A DNA stretch of 55,340 nucleotides from Atractiella rhizophila (taxonomy: Eukaryota). Location: contig MU271483.1 in assembly GCA_021432655.1 (NCBI GenBank), positions 1 to 55,340 of the forward strand, written 5' to 3'. A model generated the notes under the pieces. The model was not told the DNA's origin and did no database searches. It saw nothing but the letters and a program-made list of their open reading frames with translations. Below, piece by piece: positions 50,301 to 55,340 of this stretch. The position numbers were made by a program, and so were the translations under genes. The first letter of the stretch is position 1. Each line of letters starts with the position of its first letter.

Positions 50301-51717
50301 CGACAGTCGCTCTCCGCCGAAAAGCGTGATGGCGCAACGATGGCTAGCGCTCTGTTTGATGACATGACCCTAGAGAGCACTGAATCGTTGAAGGTGTCAA
50401 TGGGAATGTTTGCGCTCATGGAATATATGCCAGCATTCTTTGAGAGGTTGGAGGAGGATCCAGCTCAGCTCAAGAAGGATTTCGAGCAACTTAGACGATG
50501 TTTTGTTGACCCTGCCAATATGCGGATATCTGTTATTGGAGATATCGCTGGCTTGAAGAACCCCTCTTCCACCTTCGCCAGCTTCAAATGTGATAAAGTG
50601 CGTCCTATTTCCCTTCCGAGCACTTGCTGATCATGTAACAGGATCCGATATATCGACAGCCTTATCTTGCCCAGGCCGTCCTAAGTGAATTAGGCAAGAA
50701 CCCTTCAAAGAGGGTACGTCCCATCCATTCCATTGAATGGATAATCATCAATAATTTCAGGCCATCATTCTCGCAATGGGTTCAATCGAAAGCAGTCACG
50801 CATACCATGCATGTAAAGGCGAGTATTCAAAGCCATCTTCAAGACTAGGAACAACTCACCTTCTTACAGGACCTACCGCATGGGACCATCCCGACATCCC
50901 TGCACTTCTTGTACTGCAAGGGATCCTGAACGATATGGAAAACTTTTTCTGGCGCAGTAAAGATCTCAGCTCTAGTCAGGAAAGCTTTTCCTGACAAGGT
51001 GTTGCAGATGTCCGTGGAGAAGGTTTGGCATACGGCTGCAGCATCTCCTTGAACATCGACACAGGTCTTGTCTACCTGAATATCTATCGGGCTCCAATGG
51101 CTTCAAAGGCTTTCTTGGCTGCAAAAGAGTTGGTCGATAGGGTCGAGAGAGGAGAGGTACACTTATCGCGTTCTTCGTACGACCCAGTTGACTCGCTTCG
51201 TATTAGATCGAAATTGATGATATTACGATCGAGAGCGTGAAGAGTAGCTTGGTTTAAGGTACCGCCGAGCAGGAGAAGACGCGTCCAAAGGCGGTCCGTT
51301 TGTTTTATTGCTAGTTTCAGGTTTATTGACAATGCTCCAGGCAAGTTCTTCTTTTATCAATCAAGCCCTCAAAGGTGTTGGGCCATTCTTCAAACGTGAT
51401 CGATTATCTCTCATTGCTGTAAGTGACTTTGTTGCTCTCTTGCAGCAACTGACTCAGCTGCGTCGGAACGTCTTTCGTAGACCGTAACACCCGAAGATTG
51501 TTTGCGAGTCCTCAAGAAGTGGGTTTCGCCACTTTTCAATCCCGCAACCTCAATCGCTGCTGTCGCGGCTTCAAAAGCAACAGTTGGAGATATAGAAGAT
51601 GCGCTGAAGAACGTCGGCTACCAGGTTGAAGTCAGAACTTTGGCTCCTACCAATGGTGACGGATCGGAAGAGGAGAGTGATTTCGAGAGCGAGGAGGAGT
51701 CCAACTCGGAAGAATGA
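47369..51717 (+). CDS. M16 (pitrilysin/insulinase) family zinc metallopeptidase, YOL098C/SDD3-like; in-frame TAA at 51255-51257
   Basis: Inverted zinc motif SGRPHTLEHLIFLGSEKYPYKG; GTNAWT; GVVFSEMQGRE; GSGYRSETGG; VRGEGLAYG; many short exons. Confidence 0.9.
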
Positions 51718-51783
51718 CGTTACATTTCTCTTTCAATAGATGCATAGTGCCATCATCTGATCCCCAATTCCTTCCATGTTATG

Positions 51784-51854
51784 ACGCGAACCGTAAGTCG
51801 TAAGATCTTGAAGGACGCGTAGGTATGTTATGGTCACGTGAATCTACCACGCGG
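51784..51854 (+). promoter_or_regulatory. MCB-like ACGCG elements and an E-box upstream of the RecQ gene
   Basis: ACGCGA 51784, ACGCGT 51815, CACGTG 51835 and ACGCGG 51849, within ~150 bp of the ATG at 51938. Confidence 0.5.
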
Positions 51855-51937
51855 TTCCGACGTGAACATCAGAGATGGCTTTCTAGAGGAAGCGCCGGTT
51901 TGATTGTCTCTTGATCTGTACCAAAAGCGTTATCGAG

Positions 51938-54900
51938 ATGTCTACGAGCTTTCAGCACTTTCTAGGACAATACCACTCCGAATACGACACCACTCCGACC
52001 TCGAACGCTCCGACCTCCTCACGAGATCTTTCAACCAAGAAACGGGCTTCTCCCAATCAGGATGACACTAGAGGGAAGCGGAAAGTGAGAAGGATATCTG
52101 AGGAAATCGCAAGCGTGTCTGCAAAAGAAGAGCCATTGCCTTTCAACGAGTGAGTGTCAGAATTCCACGAAGACGCGAGTTCAATAGGGTCGAAGCGTGT
52201 CGCACTCTGCGAAATCCACATCTCGTACTCCTTTCCACCAGAAATCTCCCAATTCGGCTGTTCGTATCCCAGCTGAAGATGCCAATCCTTACGCCAGTGC
52301 CACACACGTCCAGCATAAGGAATACCTTAAGGCTAGCCATTCTATCCTGTTTGCGCTTCGTCCCTTTGCTCATGTGTCCCGTTCAGTACAAGGATGATTC
52401 CATAGAGAAACTACGACATGCGTTGGAGTTTGTCCAAGCAGAATTGGATTCAGCCACTGAAGTGTTCAAAAACGGTATCATCTCAGGAGATGACACGACT
52501 CACCCGCTTTCCTTGATGTAAGCTCCAACTTCCTGGATTCAAGCTCACATCATAAATGATAGGAATCACTTCGGGTCTCGGTTGCGCCTGCTCCAATTTC
52601 TCATCAACGCAAAGTCATCCACTGCGAAGCCAGCTCGCCCTCAGGTCGGCGCAGACCACAGTGGGGTATCTCAACCCCTCGCTCGAGTTGTCTCAGATCA
52701 GTCTGAAAGTTACCAAACGCCTTCCCCATGTCTCTCCCCTTCGGCACGGATCAAACCTCTTCCATCGCTCGTCGTTGATGAACCGCCGAGTCTCGTTCCC
52801 CCTCCTCGTCGAAAGGCCAGACTGGTAGAGTTTGTATCGATGCATGAAGATGCTCAGCCGCTCGTCAAGAGCTCATATTTTGAGAAACCCGATCGCACAA
52901 AACGGTCTCTTCCGCCCAAGTTCGGCAAGGAGACAGCTACCGAGAATATTGATGTGACAGAGGAGTCCTCGTTGTCTCGTTCTATTATCAATCTCGATAC
53001 AACGGACGACTCCTCCATGTCTCGCTCCGCTATCGATGTTAATCGTGAGGCTTCGGCTCGCAACAGCTCGTTCAGACCTAGCGCTGGAAATACTACGGAT
53101 GCTGCCATCCTCCCTCCATCGCTGATAACGAGGGCTGCACCCACCGCTGCACCTCCGCCTGGCTCCGCAGCCAAGCCAATAGCTCTTGGCTCATCACCAA
53201 GGGCATCGACCTCTGCATTAACGATTGACGACGATGAACTCCTTGACGATGAGGAGTTGCTGGCCATGGAACGGGAGGCATTGGCCAACGCTGCGGTTCC
53301 AGGCCGTTTACGACCTGCTCCGGTGGAGAGGTATGTTTGGACAGATCAAGTGTTCAATATTCTGCGTTCGCGATTTAAACTCGAATCTTTCCGTACGAAT
53401 CAGTTAGAAGCAATCAACTCTACACTCTCCGGCGAACATACCTTCGTGCTCATGCCTACAGGTGGCGGAAAGTCTCTGCTCTATCAACTTCCAGCACTCG
53501 TCAGTAAAGGGAAAACGAAAGGCGTGACAATTGTAGTCTCCCCACTCGTCAGCTTGATTCAAGATCAAGTCCGCAGCCTGGTTGATAAAGACATTCCTGC
53601 TATCGCTATCAGTGCAAGTTCGAAGGAGAGTGAGAAGAAGTTTGTGTGGGAAGATTTGAGACGTCCTGAGCCGATAACGAAGTTGATCTACGTCACGCCA
53701 GAAATGGTGTGTGATTCGTTCCACACCGTCGCAGCTACTTAAGAGCAAGGTAGATCGCGAAAAGTGATAACTTCCGAGACCAGATCTCCAGTCTGCACAA
53801 ACGCAAGCTCTTTGCAAGGCTGGTTATTGACGAATCACACTGTATGTTGTCTCAGTCAGAAAGCTGCGAAAGATCCTTTCTAATTACTAGCCAGGTGTAT
53901 CCCAATGGGGCCACGACTTTCGTCTGTCACTTCCCTCTGACTCGACCAAAAACTGACGATGTGAATACAGGTCCCGACTACAAATCTCTGGGAACATGGG
54001 CGAAGCAGTTTCCAGGCGTCCCCATCCTCGCTCTCACTGCTACCGCCAATTCTCGGGTACAAGTTGACATTGTCAACGTGCTGGGCATTAAGGGCTGCAA
54101 AGTCTTTAAACAGTCGTTCAACCGACCTAATATTTCTTACGAAGTCAAGGCTCGCCCAAAAGATTGGAATACAGAGGTTTCAAGATATATTAAGGAAAGG
54201 CACAAGAATGAATGCGGGATCATTTACTGCTTCTCAAAGAAAACGTGCGAGGAAACGGCTATGAAGCTAAACGAATTGGGACTAAACTGCAGTCATTATC
54301 ACGCCGTACATTATACATTCTCTTCCATCATTTCCCGTCCTGAATGTTCCAATTAGGGCATGTCTGCCAAGGATCGAATGGACGCTCAACAGAAGTGGCA
54401 AGAAGAAAAAGTTAAAGTCATCGTCGCCACCATTGCGTTCGCTTTTCCTCTGTTTTCTCTCCATTTTTGCTGATTCCGACACTAGGTTCGGCATGGGCAT
54501 CGACAAAAAGAACTGCCGCTTCGTGATTCATCGATCCATGCCAAATTCCCTAGAGGGATATTATCAGGTCTGTTTCTTCCCTGAGCCGGCAATGTGCTTT
54601 AACATCAGGAATAGGAAACTGGGCGGGCGGGTCGAGATGGGAAGAAGTCGGAATGTGTTCTTTATTTTTCCAACCAAGATTTTATCTCGCACATCCATAT
54701 GATTACCTCGGACCGCGATATACCGAGGGAACAGAAGGATCGCAAGATTGAGAATCTTCATCGCATGCAGTCGTATTGCATAAACACTGTGGACTGTCGG
54801 CGAACGCAAGTGCTCCAATATTTCGACGAAAGATTCGATTCCAGTAAATGTCGAAGGACCTGCGACAACTGCTGTATGGATACTGCGCAGATCAAAGAGG

Positions 54901-55340
54901 TCGACGTTACCAATCACGCCAAAGCACTAGTGGGAATTGTCAAGGAGTTTGGAGGTGGAAACGTCACCGCTAGGCAGATTATTGATATTTATCGTGGCAG
55001 CAAGAATAAAGCCGTACGTTACTGAACCTTCTCCTTTGTCCTTCATCGAAACTTTCTGCAGTTGGTAGACGCTGGTCACAACAGTTCACATTTCTATGGC
55101 AAGGGAACGGAGATTAGCAACGGCGATGCTCATCGCTTAATGGTCATGTTGACCATTGATCGATATATCGAGGACAAGTGCATCTCACGAGGAGATTTCA
55201 CTCACACCTATGTGGTGGTACGTGCTAAAATATCCTCCTCGTAGCAACATCTGACAGTCTCAAGTAGCTGGGACCTCAAGGGAACAAGCTTCTTCATGGG
55301 AATATAAATGTAAAGATGAACGTTTCTCTGAAGAAGCCGA
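51938..55340 (+). CDS. SGS1: RecQ-family DNA helicase (Sgs1/BLM-like), continues off the window end
   Basis: [93 protein letters not shown] zinc motif CRR...CDNC. Confidence 0.95.

Noticed and set aside
51255..51257. Genome-wide stop codon reassignment
   Set aside because: TAA, TAG and TGA all terminate well-conserved genes here (CRM1 TAA, RPT4 TAG, eIF3L TGA).

Overview
Gene-dense, intron-rich fungal nuclear DNA with introns of about 45-65 nt. It is most likely a basidiomycete, Pucciniomycotina-like (inferred from intron style and protein features). Manual splicing gives about 20 protein-coding genes: THI20-like kinase (partial), three Zn2Cys6 transcription factors (one invisible in the ORF track), CWC22, a DOMON/cytochrome b561 protein, NDC1, CRM1, VPS18, glycine cleavage H, adenylate kinase, an HMG-box protein, RPT4, eIF3L, an FMN-binding split-barrel protein, bL32m, NDUFA5, an M16 peptidase, a RecQ helicase (partial) and two orphans. 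There are also several decayed coding-like tracts. No rRNA, tRNA, CRISPR array or intact mobile element was seen. Best leads: a frameshift inside the bL32m zinc finger, an in-frame TAA in the M16 peptidase, a cluster of PACE-like GGTGGCAAA motifs in front of a Zn2Cys6 gene, a hidden DNA-binding-only Zn2Cys6 gene ending in a 121-bp tandem duplication, relaxed 5' splice sites, nearly abutting divergent start codons, and a 160-codon frame interrupted only by TGA. All exon models are manual and have not been checked against transcripts or databases.
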